From contig OU015568.1 in assembly GCA_907165135.1 (NCBI GenBank), positions 868,001 through 932,000 of the forward strand: a stretch of 64,000 bases of DNA, read 5' to 3'. The stretch is from Oikopleura dioica. Lineage: Eukaryota; Animalia; Chordata. Position numbers and translations under genes: made by a program. Of the stretch, positions 1 to 12,785 are shown in pieces. Position 1 is the first letter of the stretch; the number at the start of each line of letters is the position of its first letter. Below the pieces are notes generated by a model. The model was given only the letters and a program-made list of their open reading frames with translations, searched no databases and had not been told where the DNA came from.

Positions 1-382
1 AAAACTATTGATAAAGAAATTTTAGCACTGGTTCTTGACCATTTTCTGAATTTGAAAACGAATGAATATTCATTTGCGTTGAATATGACGACGATAATTT
101 GGATATTTTGGTCTATGTGCTCTGTTGGAATCATGATGGAAGGAGTCACGACTTTCATGGAAATCATGAGGGTCGCCCTTACTTCTTGGTATTTCTATGA
201 CTCTGAGACCTTTCCAGAGCGAAAACAGTAAGTTTTTCTCTTCAAAAATATCCCCAAAGCTTTTTTTAAGACTTCCAATCGACCTTTTCATCCCGTTTCT
301 TCTGAGCTCCGTCGCTGCTGTTTTTCTCAAACTTCAAAAATCCACTTCAAATTCCGCTGTTCAGAAAATAAAGCCCTCATAA
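1..382 (+). CDS. 3' end of a membrane protein resembling the alkylglycerol monooxygenase (AGMO) C-terminus; partial
   Basis: Frame 1 is open from 1 to 227 (..IFWSMCSVGIMMEGVTTFMEIMRVAL..). A GT-AG intron at 228-270 joins it to LPIDLFIPFLLSSVAAVF..KPS*. The hydrophobic pattern resembles AGMO 'SIGFLLDQRPKAAIMETLR' from memory. Confidence 0.4.
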
Positions 383-1004
383 ATTCTTGATTGCTTTTGA
401 CTCAATCACTTAGTTGAATTTCCACTTTTCTTGTATCCAGCTAAAAATGGTTACTTAGCAACGACTGCTGAGCCAAATTGTCCTCAAACAACAGTCAGAA
501 ATGACTTCCAGAAGATAGAATTGTGATTTCTGAAAAATAAAATTTGAGAGATAAGAAAGAAAAAGAGGAAGAAAAAGCTGACCAAATGGCTGAACAAACT
601 TTGCCAACAGGAAAAACTTTTACTTTATCAACAACATTAGGTATTTATTTATTGAAGTATCTTAAAAATTTCACGAAGATCCTGGACTTTTTGCATCATT
701 TTATTGCTAAAGAAAATTTATGCTTTCCAATTCACATGACAACTCCTTATAACGCCCCTTATCACCCTTAAATCTCAAAATCTAATCAACCAGGTCATCT
801 AAAATCGACCCATTTACATCAGAAAAATATCTTTCTTGAACTTTTTCAAAGGAACGAACTATAAAATACCTCTAAAATGCAAATTACGCATTTATCCAAA
901 ACAATAAACGATAATTGGCATATCTGGAGCTCCAATTTATTCTATCTGTATGAACTTTTCCACATCATGGATTTTTAGATCAGAACCCCTTTTATGGTCC
1001 TATT

Positions 1005-1245
1005 TTGCCGTCAACAAAGCCACTTCAGAAAGACTCATTGCCATTTACGAAGGATATTGTTTATGATCCCGTCATAGGTAAGTTCATTATTTATATAACA
1101 ATTCTACTCATTGTTTTCAAGGTTAAAAACCTCATCTTTAACTTCAGGTCGTCAAATCTTTGTCCAGCAAACTCCATGGGGACCGATTGCTACTGTACCC
1201 ACTGTATTGCCCGCCCAGGTCGTCAACGTTACAGGTCCCGGTTGA
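1005..1245 (+). CDS. Small unknown protein, last two exons (..VYDPVIG|RQIFVQQTPWGPIATVP..GPG*)
   Basis: A GTAAG donor at about 1078 and a TTCAG acceptor at about 1147 join in frame. The 5' end is unresolved. Confidence 0.3.
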
Positions 1246-1575
1246 CACAACTGTACTTATGAGCAGTTACTGTATTGAATCGAAAATTTGATAAAGCTGA
1301 GTTCTGAACTCAAGGCAAACATAAACTTGTCAACCGGGCGCAAAAGGTAAATATCAGGCATTTGCTAGTTAAACAGGAAAACAATGATAAGATGCGTACA
1401 ACGCCACTGTAAAAAAGCTGATCAATCACGTACCCACTTCCTCGGCGATTCTGCGAGATACCAAAGTTCTTGCGAGGAGACAGAAAGATGGACTCTATTA
1501 TCCTGCTACGGTGGCTGATTATCAAGAAGGAAAAGGGCTCAAAATGAACAAAGTGATAAGCAGAAACGCGCCCTA

Positions 1576-1657
1576 GGGCAGTACGGCGAGTTGGTTAGGT
1601 TGATAAAGCGTTAGGATTTGTACCCAGACGCTGAGGGATCGAGTCCCGAATTACCCA
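1576..1657 (+). pseudogene. tRNA-like element (degenerate, possible TTG anticodon, enlarged D region)
   Basis: Acceptor-like pairing GGGCAGT/ATTACCC, A-box-like AGTTGG, B-box GGATCGAGTCC and an oligo-T run directly after. The arms contain mismatches. Confidence 0.5.
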
Positions 1658-1965
1658 TTTTTTTGGTTTGGTTCGTTCTATTTTATGCGGGGTAGATAAG
1701 ACAATTGATAAGAAGCAATATAAAGAATGCTCCATGCATCTCGAAACAAATATATTCTAGTAAAATGATTTCTTTATCAATTGAACCAGAATGATTTGTA
1801 TCCTCCAGTGTTTTAAAATTTATTGATAAAATGAAACAGTGATTGCTTTAATCTACGAATTGCACAAATCCGAAACCGTTGGTTATGATTTTCTGAAAAC
1901 TGATAATAAATGTTAAACTGTTAAAAACTGAAATCTGAGATTTCAAATCTCACCCTCCAAAATAA

Positions 1966-2039
1966 TGGCCAGTACGGGGATCGAACCCGCGACATTCGCG
2001 TTATTAGCACGACGCTCTAACCAACTGAGCTAACCGGCC
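1966..2039 (-). tRNA. tRNA-Ile(AAT)
   Basis: Reverse complement GGCCGGTTAGCTCAGTTGGTTAGAGCGTCGTGCTAATAACGCGAATGTCGCGGGTTCGATCCCCGTACTGGCCA folds as a canonical cloverleaf. Confidence 0.97.
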
Positions 2040-2136
2040 TCTGCCCCGGGCGTGCGCCCTAGAATTCATCAATTGAGCCTTCCTAAGGCAACATTTTCAT
2101 CGTCGAGTTCGACAAAAGTACGTTCCCTCGCTCAGG

Positions 2137-3689
2137 ATGCAAGAAACAGCTTCTTTTGACATGATCGCCATGGGCGATGCAATGCGCCATTCAGTCGGAG
2201 AAGGTGATTTCTGCTTGGCTCCGATTGAAGAGGGTCCTTCTGCGTACGTCGTTGGGAAGATTCAGTACGCAGATGAAATTGATGAGAACAAATTCCGAGT
2301 GCAATTCTTCGATAACAGGATTCGGGATGTTCCGATGGAAGATGTTTGCTGGATTCCTGATGTGTTGTATGACAGAGTTGTTGCAGAACTACGGTCTCCT
2401 AATGTGAGCCTGTCGAATTGTCCCTTATCATGCTTATTGTTTTCTAGGCTCGGGTTCAAACAATCGCCCAAGGAATGAACACCGGCGTCGAGTCGCACGC
2501 CGTCTACCACCCACTCGACATTTTCCTCAACGGAACTCCAAAATACACCCTTCCTGGATCTGGAGTTGTTCTTTCACCGAATGTTATCAGTAGAGTTTGG
2601 AACCCGATGTCGTATCAGGGTGTCAGATACATTCCGACGTATCCGGTTCCTTGGCTTCCGAACTTTTGGCCCCAAGACGTGACTATGTGGCCACAGTGTC
2701 TTCTGCCTTTTAGGAGGACTTTTGCCGCGGTGAATACGAATGAGAGGTAATTTTCGAATTTTTTTGATACTCATTTTTTGATCGTTACTGAATCGCAAAA
2801 GATGATTTTTCATCTTTTCTTCCTAGTAGTTAAAATTACTGTGATTCATTCGGACATCGAGTTTTAAAAATCCGGATTTTAAAGGGTAAATTTTAATTCT
2901 GGTTTTTAGACTTCCTGGCCTAAACATGTCCGTAAACGAACTAGATCAAAAAGTCAATTCAACTCTTGAAGGGAGCAAAACTGTAATGGAAAAAACTTCG
3001 GGCAGCTATCTCGACCGGATCAACTCTTTCCTAGAGGAAACAGAAAATGATGTCCTCAAAGATATTTTGGCGGACAAAAACGAGGGCGAATACGAAGTCG
3101 ACGTGGATTTCAGCGCGCTCCCAAGCAAAGAAACATGCGATGTCGGCGAAAATACCGTATGTTTTCCCAAATAAACTGGTTCTCAGATTCCCTTTAGATC
3201 GTCTCGCTGAGGAACAGAATGTGCAAGAAACGCTGGAGAGCAAGAAAGCAGCCTGAGGAAAGAAAACCTTGGGTCAAATACTTCAGAACTCCGGATGAGG
3301 TACTTTCTTGCTCGAATTTTCGGCTATCAATGATTTCTTTTGAAGGAAATTCCGAGAAGCGTTTTCAACGACGGAACGTACAAAGAAAAAGAACGACCAT
3401 ATGGCTACTCTGATGATGATTACACACTTTGGCGACTTCGACAAAAAGTACAACACTCATAACTTCTTTTTCCTTTATGAAAAATTAAGCAAATAAGCAC
3501 CCTGGAAAACTTGCATAAACAAAAAGCCGATTTCATTGCGAAAGAAACTGCTATGGTCCAGAGTGGCGAACAGACCTTGCTGAATAAGATTGAAAAATCG
3601 AGACAAAGAGTAAGAAAAACTTGACGATTCCTATTACTTTAATACCATACTTTCAGGTCGACAAGGCAAAAGGCACTTATGTCGCCTAA
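2137..3689 (+). CDS. Tudor-like/DUF4537-type protein (C11orf16-like), multi-exon
   Basis: Exon 1 has a beta-barrel-like segment (DFCLAP..YVVGKI..FRVQFFDN..DVCWIP). Later exons include VWNPMSY..WPQ and RKPWVKYF, and the short introns are GT-AG. Confidence 0.5.
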
Positions 3690-3771
3690 AAATCGTTTCC
3701 CAGAAAATAAACCGTTGCTTGAATTACAGTTCTGTAAATAAATTGCTCAAAAATTCAAAGTTGTTTAAAAT

Positions 3772-5230
3772 TTATGCCTCTATATTTTCTTTATTTCTAT
3801 TATGTTCTTCAGCACATTGCAGAAAATAATCATATTTTTGGAATAAATAGATTCCCACTCTTGATCCTCCATGGTTGATCATTCGACAGTGGATGAACCG
3901 CCATAGTTTCAGGCCATCACTGCAGAGCTTGTCGATCGCGTATTTCATAGAGTTCTTGTCGCAGGAGAGGAAGACGCCCCATTTTCTTGTGACGCGGGAG
4001 AGTTCTTTCAGGCTTTTGAAGTACAGTTCTCTAAAAAAATATGAAGCTCAATGGAGGATGGCTTTTATATGCCTGTGGGTATCTGTTTATTATATCAACC
4101 GTGACAAATAGTGAATTACAAAAACTTCAAGTTCATGTTGATTCATTTAAAAATAGGTTAATTCTGAATCCACTTTTTCGAGGTCTTGCTTCATTTTAAA
4201 ATGGGGATGAAATAAACTCCGGCAGCATTAAAAAGGCGATGGAAATCACTGATGCAAAAAAGCTCGAACCAAAAATGTTCCGCCTGAATTCTCACCTCAT
4301 ATTCGTGCCAAGCATGACTTCCTTAATCCTCTTTCCAAAGGGCAAATCCGTCACAACCGAATCGATCGAATTATCCCTGAAAGGCAGATCTGTCGCGTCC
4401 ATCATTCCAAAATTCAAATTCAACCGCTTCAAATTCAGCTTTTCTATCAGCTTGTCCAAATGGTCCTTGTTCAGCTCACATTTTCGCACTGCCGGGGCGA
4501 ATAAATCGGTTCCGATGAAGAATGCTCGGTCTTGGCAGCTGACAGCTCCTTCGATTGAAAGAGAACCAGATCCGGCCATCGGATCGAGGACGATGTCGCC
4601 AAGGGAGATTTGCGCTTCTCTCAGCATTCCATGGCAAATTGTCGGCTGAATTTTGAATAAAGAAATCAATGAAGAAAACCACTAACCCGGAGTGTCGTGA
4701 TTCCAAAATGAACGACATTCCTTCTGTGCAAACTTTCGTTCGTCAGCAACAAGTAGACCTGGATACTTTTACCCATCATAAACAGCATCAAGTGGCAGTT
4801 GAATTCGGTCAAGTTGAATTGCCACTTTGCCTTGTCGAAAACATGCCCACCAAAAATATTCGCACAGAGGCAACTCGTGATGCATTGTTTCTTCCCAACA
4901 CGGTTTGCAGAGCATCGAAATCTTTAGACAAAGAATGAACGAAAAGGAAATCTTTCTCCGTCCTTACCTGATATCTTCATTCTTTAAATTATTCATGCCG
5001 ACCTCTCTTTCCAGCGAAAAAGTGGCAGAAGCAAAGTCCGGACTCGACTTTTCAACCATGAAATCGCCATTTTCATCGACTTCCTTGAAAATCGCCTTTT
5101 TCGCTGAAGATTTTGACGATTTCTTGTGCTTAGAGCTTCGTTGTCGAACGTAAGGCTGGTTCTGCATCCAGATTTTTTCCACATAACTCCAGTTTATCTT
5201 TTTCGCAAGCTCTCCCAAAGCAACTCGCAT
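3772..5230 (-). CDS. THUMPD3: THUMP domain + class I SAM methyltransferase (tRNA m2G methyltransferase)
   Basis: THUMP segment FRCSANRVG..HVFDKAKWQFNL, and methyltransferase motifs VLDPMAGSGS, DATDLPFRDNSIDSVVTDLPFGKR. The start codon is uncertain. Confidence 0.85.
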
Positions 5231-5283
5231 TTTTTCTATAAAAAAACGTTTCCGTAAGAAAAATTCCTTTCATAATATATTTT

Positions 5284-5430
5284 CCTGGGCTTGTCAACCT
5301 GTGCAGATACTTGAGTCAGGGTCCTGAATAAACTTTTATAAAAAGCCGCAAAAAGGCTCTCCAAAAAAAAAGAAGCCGCGAAGCGACTTGCTGAGAAATA
5401 ACGAGGCTTATTCAGGCTCATTCAGGTTCC
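5284..5430. mobile_element. Degenerate copy of a ~140 bp MITE family (other copies at 40068 and 43069)
   Basis: GGCTTGTCAACCTGTGCAGATACTTGAGTCAGGGTCCTGAA resembles the 43069 left arm, and the internal AAAAGCCGC is shared. Confidence 0.55.
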
Positions 5431-5441
5431 TTACTCACTTT

Positions 5442-5647
5442 TCATCTATCTTCTTTCTTCTCAATCTTTGGCTTGCGCTTCGAAGGTTTTCTTTCGTCTA
5501 AAAACGCTATTTTTTGTTTTAAAAATTTTGCTTACCTTTCTTAATCGTCTCTTCTAAGTCTTTATTAAATTCTAGCAACGTCTTCATTCTTCCAGTTCGT
5601 TTCAGATATTTCTTGACCCATTTCAACTTACACTTGACTCTGCCCAT
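5442..5647 (-). CDS. 55-aa basic microprotein with LisH-like motif
   Basis: Two exons joined by a GTAAG..TTTTAG intron: MGRVKCKLKWVKKYLKRTGRMKTLLEFNKDLEETIKK|DERKPSKRKPKIEKKEDR*. Confidence 0.45.
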
Positions 5648-5999
5648 TCTATATAAAACACAATCTTATCACGATGAAAAAATGATAAAACACGTAACGA
5701 CCCTTTCGAAAGTCATCCGACTAAGAGATCCGACGACATACTAGTCAAATTTTTGATGCTGAAAAAGTTTGACCTGCACTAAGAAAATGACAAAAAAACA
5801 TTAAACAAACTTTTGTATTTGTGTGGCAAATAATTTTTATTTGATGAATTGAGTAAGACAACAGTCAAAAGTGAATTTACAGTTTGATTTCAGGTTTTCT
5901 TAAAATCCCTTGAACTTATTCGGTGAACTTCTTTTCTATCATTTTCATGTGCCATCATGAGGAATTCTATTGAAATCGAGACGCTCAAAGGTCGATTCT

Positions 6000-8900
6000 T
6001 CAGCGTCTGCGGCCTCCGACGGAAAACATTTGGTCGGCGTTTGGAGGAGCCTAGAATGAAATCGTAAGTCGAGAAAGTGGGTGCTTCTTAGGAAGAAATG
6101 CTTCTGGGAAAGCTATTTGCCGGCTTATTTCAAAGCTAAGAATATAAATTGCGACAACTCAAAGCAATTGCGACATTTCAAATGCGTTACCGTTTACATA
6201 AATGCGTGTTTATTCTGAAAATATGAAGATAATAAACTTATAAAAAAGCGAATCAATTATCATGGACAAAATTAACGCATCCCTTTGAAAAGGCATTGCC
6301 ATAAATTCAAAAGCCGGTTCTATAAAAAAACCATTCATCCTGTCAAATTGACCGACTTGTCAATCATCGAGTCTATTTTTACCTTCGGATGTTGGTACTT
6401 CTTTGCTCTTTCGTGGTTCCTATTTTCTGAAGGAATTTTATTCAGCCCGATCGCCTCTGCCGTGTCTTCCTCGATCGCCAAGTTCTCCGCGAGCGAAAGA
6501 GTCAAGTTCTTCATCTCTTCTTGTTTCTTTGTCCTTTCTCGTTCTGCTGCTTCAAGTCCTTGAGCAAGTCGTGAGTCTTGGTCGACATGGAGAGCTTTGA
6601 CGTCGGTTTTGTTGCCCTTTCTTGTGACCAAGGCGAAGACGACTTTTCCGTCTTCTTTTGTGTCAGGGTCGATGGCCTTTTTCGCATTCATTGGGACATT
6701 CAGATCGGTGGCTTTTGCGGAACCCATTCCCTCGTCTGCTTTCATCATGTTTTCGAATTCCTTCACGAAATCGTCGTCTTCTTGGCATTCCTCGTATTTG
6801 TTCCCCTAGAATGAAAAGTAAAGCTTTCTTTCATTCCAATAAATCGTACCTTAGGGACTGTTATTTCATTTTCCGCTTCGGTCTGCGTGTCTGTATCGGT
6901 CACAGACTCGGAGAGCTGCTCGTCTTGTGAGTCTTCATCTCCTTCTGCTATCATTCCTAAGCCAGCATTTCCTTGATCATCATTCTTAAAAACTATGTCA
7001 GACATCTTGATTTACGTCGACTCACTAACCTGGTATCCCATTTGCTCTAGTTTCTCCATCGCTTCGGTTTCAATCTTCTCAATAGCCGCGCCTACCTCAT
7101 CGAGTGTCTGAGGAATTTTTAGCTTGGGTCTCAGCGACTCGACGCAATCTTGAATGATGTGGTCCATTCCCAGGGGGAACGCTTGGTTGTGGATCGCGTA
7201 CAGCTCTTTCTTGATAAGCCAGTAGCGGAGCAAGTACTTTTTTGATGATCAAAAAACTGAAAACAGCAACCAAATGCGGGTCTTTTTTCTGATCATTTCC
7301 TGAAGATAAATGTCCAATTTCTTCTTTGCCGAGCCTTTGTCAAAGAAACAACCACATGTTTCCAGCATTACTGTAGCTAGCCGAAGTCTGATGAGATTTT
7401 CTGGAGGGTCAAGTGGCGATACCATCGTCAGTGGATCGGGTGCTACGCCAAGGGTAATGAAGGAGTAAAGGGTTGTGAAGATGACATTTGAATCAACCAT
7501 TTTGTAGTTGTACAGCTCGCCCAAGTATTTCACCTAAAACTCTTTAATAGAGCGATTCTTTTGGCAGAACTTTTTGTTAACCTGAATCAACCTTCTTTGG
7601 TTAAATCTTGGATCGGGAAACTCCATCGTAGCCTTGATATCTTCAAGTATATTGTCAACGACTTCGATCGCTTCCTCCTCGTGATAGCTCGACAATCCAG
7701 CGAGAACACTCGCAGCACAGTGAACGACTGAGAATTTAATATTGTATCCTTTCGATAAGACGCCAACGATAAATTCACGCATCTCAGGGTCTTTCCAGTT
7801 CATTTTTCGGAACTGCTTCAGAACGAAATCAACGTTTCTTTTGGACAAATGATCGTACAGTAGTCGGCAGCAGTATTCCTCGATTGCTGGTCGTTTTACG
7901 ACTTCTCTCGTGCCTTCTACAGGCGGATTGCAGCAGTAGATCGCGTTGTCTAACTGCGCAAGAAGCCGCTGATCCAAGTTCTTCGAATTTTTCTTCCTTT
8001 TCAACTGCTCAAGAAGCAGTTTCGTCTTCTGATGTGAATCTGGTGATCGGAAAAGATATCTGCCAGCTGATTCTAGCAAGCCGCAGATCATTTCTATCGC
8101 GACAATTGAGAAATCAATGACGAGAATTTTCAGACAAGTAGTGGCTTCTGAACGAGAAATGAGACCGAACTTGGTAGCTTCGCCGATGTAGCGGGCGTTT
8201 TTGATTTTAACATCGAAGTGAACCTGGTCTTTCTTTCGAAGATGGTATCGGAAGTCCTGAGAATGTTCAGGAATTAGTTAACTAGAGCTATCCAGTCGGA
8301 TCCGATCTTCGTTTCGGGCGACTTTGTTGAACCTAGGTCGGACAACCGCTGCTCAGATAGAAATAATTCTTTTGAACTAAGAACTTTCTAAAAACGCAAC
8401 TAATAAATTCCAGCATGCTGGATGCATGAGAATCCGCTTTGATAAGCTTATCATGACGAATTTAAAACGCAAATAAGATTCTCATGATAGCAAGAACAAT
8501 TATCTCTTGTCTGTGAGAAGTCGAAAACAACCAGTCTTTTTCTATATAAACCGAAATTCTTTCTTATTTCGACCATTTTCGAAGAGATACAAAAGTAAAA
8601 AGATTAGAGATCGAAAAAAGATTGGTGTCCTTGGAATTGAGAAAAAGAATTAATTCGAATTCAGGACTCACTCTTTTTCTGATCTTTTCTATCACAACCG
8701 ACGTTTTAATGGAACATTTCCTTGAGCAGATAAGAGGCCAAATCATCCGGTACTTTTGGCGCACATTCGCCCAGCGATGCGGCAAGTCGGGTGAAGAAAG
8801 GGAGCAGATCGACTCTTCGGCGATCTACTTTCCAGATTTCTCGTGGAAGGCGCTTTCGATTAGCGGGGGTGTTGAGGTTTAGGAGGAATTCTTGAGCCGC

Positions 8901-10593
8901 CGAATCGACCAGTTCTCGGTTGTAGATTGTCATCAGGGATTTCATGTAAGCGTCGAATTCTTCTTTTGCTTTTTGGGCTATTTTTACCAGGATCATTCTG
9001 GGCAATTTTTGGTCGAACCAAAATAGAATTTTCAAGAGAATTTCGATGGTAATTTATTTTTATTTGCGTTCAATTTGGACGATATTTTTCGAAAAATTCT
9101 AAGGTAGCTTTTGGGTCGATTCAAAAATTGATTTGAGACCCGAAAAAAGGGCATAAAAAGCCCGACCTGAAAGTTCCTTCGGATCAATTTCTTCCTTATC
9201 ATCCTCCAAATGATCGTCATCTCCAAAATCATCATCGCCGTACAGTTCCGACAGGCCTGCTGCAATTTCCTCTTGAATGTCCTGATCTGCCTTTCGCTTT
9301 CCTTTATCCTTGACGCCCGTTTTCTTCGGAATATGTTTCCCTCCTCTTTCTTTCTCGGAGTCTTTCCAGGCGTTCATTGGGACGAGGCTTTTCAGGTCCG
9401 GCAAAGAAGTGTAGAAAAGTCGTTGATCTTCATCTTCCCAGCAGTCGTCCATTTCGCAGTTTTCAATTCCCCGCTCTGGGTGATAAATATCGATGCTCAT
9501 TTCTTTGTCCTCCGGGGAGTCTTCCGGCATATGAACAATCTCCAAGTCTAAGAGCTCTCCAAACGACTTGGCAAAGTCCGTCAGTTCTCTGACTTTTGAT
9601 TGCTGATCGAGAAGGGCGGAGCGACGTTCTTCGTGAATTTCACCGCGCTGCTGGTAAATATGACGGTTCGTTTTCTCCATTTTCTTGAGCTTGTCAAATT
9701 GCGATTTGAGGCAGACATTGAGCTTCTCGAAGTAGTCAGTGAAGAGGGCGATGAAATGGTTCATCTTCTTTGGTTCGAAAACGGAAAGGACTGAAAATGA
9801 GAATAAAAGGGGGATTTCGACAGTTGCATTTGCAGAAAAAGAGCCGCGCTTTGCATAAAAGTATCAGAAAGAAAGAAAAGGGCTTACCTGGAAGATCTTG
9901 GTTTTGCTTTTTGCAAAGTTCCCTGATATTTGGCGGCACAATTCCGGCCACATCTTCTCCAATCGACTTCAACAGCGAAAGCACAACATTGATATGTTCA
10001 AACTTCTCCTTGTCCGACTCAATCAGCGCTTTGATCTCATGATGGAGGATTCCCAACCCTTGTTTGTCCATAAAAACGCCGAGGACAGTCAACTCGCAAA
10101 TAATCTTTAAATCGTTTTTGTGCTTTGCTGGTTCGTCGGCGATTTTGGACAGAGTAAACTTTTTCTTGAACGAAGAAAACAGCGCTTCCATAAAATCCTC
10201 GTATCGTTGGTGAATTTTCTGGCAAAGGCTGACGACAGCATCGATATCGGCTGTTTTGAACTTCGCATCTGCAATCGCCGCCGCTGCTTCGGCGATGTAT
10301 CGCCCGAAATTCAATCCAGCGAATTCCTTCTCAAGCGCTTCTTTTTGATTTTCTTTGATCGCCCCCAATTTCTTCACGAAAGCCGAGTTCTTTTTCACCG
10401 TCGAATCAAGCTTGCCTTTTGGCTTGTTTTTGTCGAAATTGGGATCAGCATTTTCTTCACGAGCAGCTTTTCTGGCATTCAGCCGGTCGGAAATATCAGT
10501 GAGAAGATTTTCTAGCAGCTTTTCTTCGTCAATTTTGTCTTTTGGCGCCTCTTCGCTGTCTTGGACCTCGGGAGAAGGATCATTTTCGGTCAT
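6000..10593 (-). CDS. UPF2: Regulator of nonsense transcripts 2 (MIF4G x3)
   Basis: Conserved motifs KLDSTVKKNSAFVKKL, NTPANRKRL, DFRYHLRKKDQ, KYLGELYNYKMVDS and C-terminal APPNADQMFSVGGRRR*. It includes two GA-AG introns. Confidence 0.97.
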
Positions 10594-10971
10594 CAATCTC
10601 AAATTTACCTTTATTGATCTACTAAGAATCTACTAGCCGCTAGCGGCTTCGTGAACAAAAGAAAGAAGCCGCGGGAAATCAAAATTCTGATTGAAAGGAT
10701 TACTTTTGCGAAGCGGCAAGCTGCAGAAAATCTTGATTTGCATCCCTTTTTTTGAAGAAAGAAAAAAAATGAGTTTCAAAGAAAGGTGATTTATTAATTT
10801 AAAAAAAATCTGGTTTTATCTTTGATGTGTTCGAATGTGTGAGAAGATAAAGGCAGTATAAAAGGTGATGCGAGTGAGGAAAATGTGCAAGTTTGAAATT
10901 ATTGTTTGGTCTCTTCTGGATTTCTAGCCAGCCATATGGTGAGCTTGTGTTTGTAAAGAAGCTTCTTATAC

Positions 10972-12274
10972 TCAAGCTCCTTGGGATCCTCGTTGTTGTT
11001 GAGGATCTCTTTGAATTCCTCGACGACGCCAGTTATGGAGGTCTGAAACGATTTGATGACTAAAAGAAATGGAGAAATAAGGACTTACAATGTTGGAAAA
11101 GTCGTGGAAACGATCCCAATCTTGGTTCTTCAGCTCTTCTTTTGGAATTGAAAGAATCCACTTCCACTTTTGCTCCGCGCTCATCACCCTTATTTTTTGT
11201 TGGAATAGTGATTCAAATCGAAATGATATTGAAACTTACGTGAAATCAAGGGGAATTTCATCGTGAGAATCGAGGCTTGTATTGTTGACGGTCTTGTGCG
11301 GGTCTTCATTCGAAATTGTGCTTTCATTCTGAGCCGGATGAAAGGCAGCTTTGATATTGGTCTTCGACAGTGTCGATTGAGCTACTGGAAGATTTCCCGG
11401 CGGCTTTTCTGTCGATTCAGTTGGACCGATGATTCCCTAAAAATCAGCATGAGTATTTTTTAACGAAAGACAAAAGACCTCGTCTTGCAAGTTTTGAATA
11501 TCTAGTTTCGAAATCTTGACCCTCAAGTTGTTCTCCAAACACTGTTTCTTCAAGTCCTTCTCCTTCTTTTTCTTCTTCGCCAGTTCGATCGAATCAACTG
11601 ATTGCTCGAGCAAGCTCATGATTTTTTCCGCTCGACCGTTTCCAATTGATCGTCGTGATTTTGCACCTTGGGGAGACAGCTTCGAGGTGTTTTCAACGGA
11701 TCCTGTTGTTTTGTTGAAAGCTCGGCTGCTTCCGGTGAATTTGATGACTGGAGAAGAGGCGACTTCTTCAGAGTCGGGATCGAAGGGATCATTGCTTGAT
11801 TTCGGTCCAGTCTCGCCTTTGAAGAGATCTTTTGCCAGACTTCGTCGAGAAGATCGATTCTTTCGCAGCGGCGTTTCGCCTAGGTCTCGAATCGGAGAGT
11901 CTTTCTTCTTGCTCTTTGGACTGTCTCTTTTCGCCGGAGAAAGATGAGACGCTCGTTCGAAGGTCAGTCGGTGGCCCTTCTTGCTTCGTGGCGTTTTTTC
12001 GTCGACGGGAGTTTTCTTCAGTTTCTTTGGCGTTTTGGGACTGCCGAGGTTTTGGGGAGAAGTTTTTTCTGGAATCTCCTCTGGCTTCTGAAAAAAATTT
12101 AGATAGACAAATGATATTTGATGGACGCAAAAACCATTTCTATTAATTTACCTTGTTCGCATCTTTAAGAATATTTCGCGTGAGCTTTGAGCTCTTCAGA
12201 CTTAGCCCATGTTTCCCAAGAACAGCATTAGTTTTCTTGTATCTCTCCACGATCGTGTTATCCCCGTCTTCCAT
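10972..12274 (-). CDS. Unknown Lys/Ser-rich, largely disordered protein (multi-exon)
   Basis: Long open exons on the minus strand (MEDGDNTIVERYKK.., KTPKKLKKTP.., SAEQKWKWILSIPKEEL) separated by short GT-AG introns. Confidence 0.55.
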
Positions 12275-12785
12275 TTTCGCCTCTTTTTCACTCTTCTATG
12301 AAAATGAGAACTCTTTGAGAAATTCAGCGCGCTGGGCGATTTTCGCTTGGGAAAGCGCTCCGCTTCTCTTGGAGGAGCGCGCGTCGTGGAAGAAAATTCG
12401 CGCTGCTGGAAGAATTCGATTTTTATTTTTGAACGTTTCGGGCTAGAATTATTTTTGAATGATTAGTTTGATCATAACAAATTTATTTATCTTAAAAAAT
12501 ATGTGAATAAAAATTTGAAAAAAAATATTTTGAAGAAAAAAGTTTTCAAATAAGAAAAAAAATTCTGTCGTAGACTGTTCTTACTGTAACTAAACAACAG
12601 TAAACGAAGATATTGGGTAGTTCCTTAGTTTTTCGTTGCTTGACGAAAAGATCAACGAATGCAGATTTAAATTGACGAGCTTATCCGAGGTGCCATTTCG
12701 GAGACCTTTGCCAATTGAAAATGCCCGCGCCGATCCATTTCAAAATGTACCGGTGCATCAAACCAGCATTCCACACGCAAGAGAA

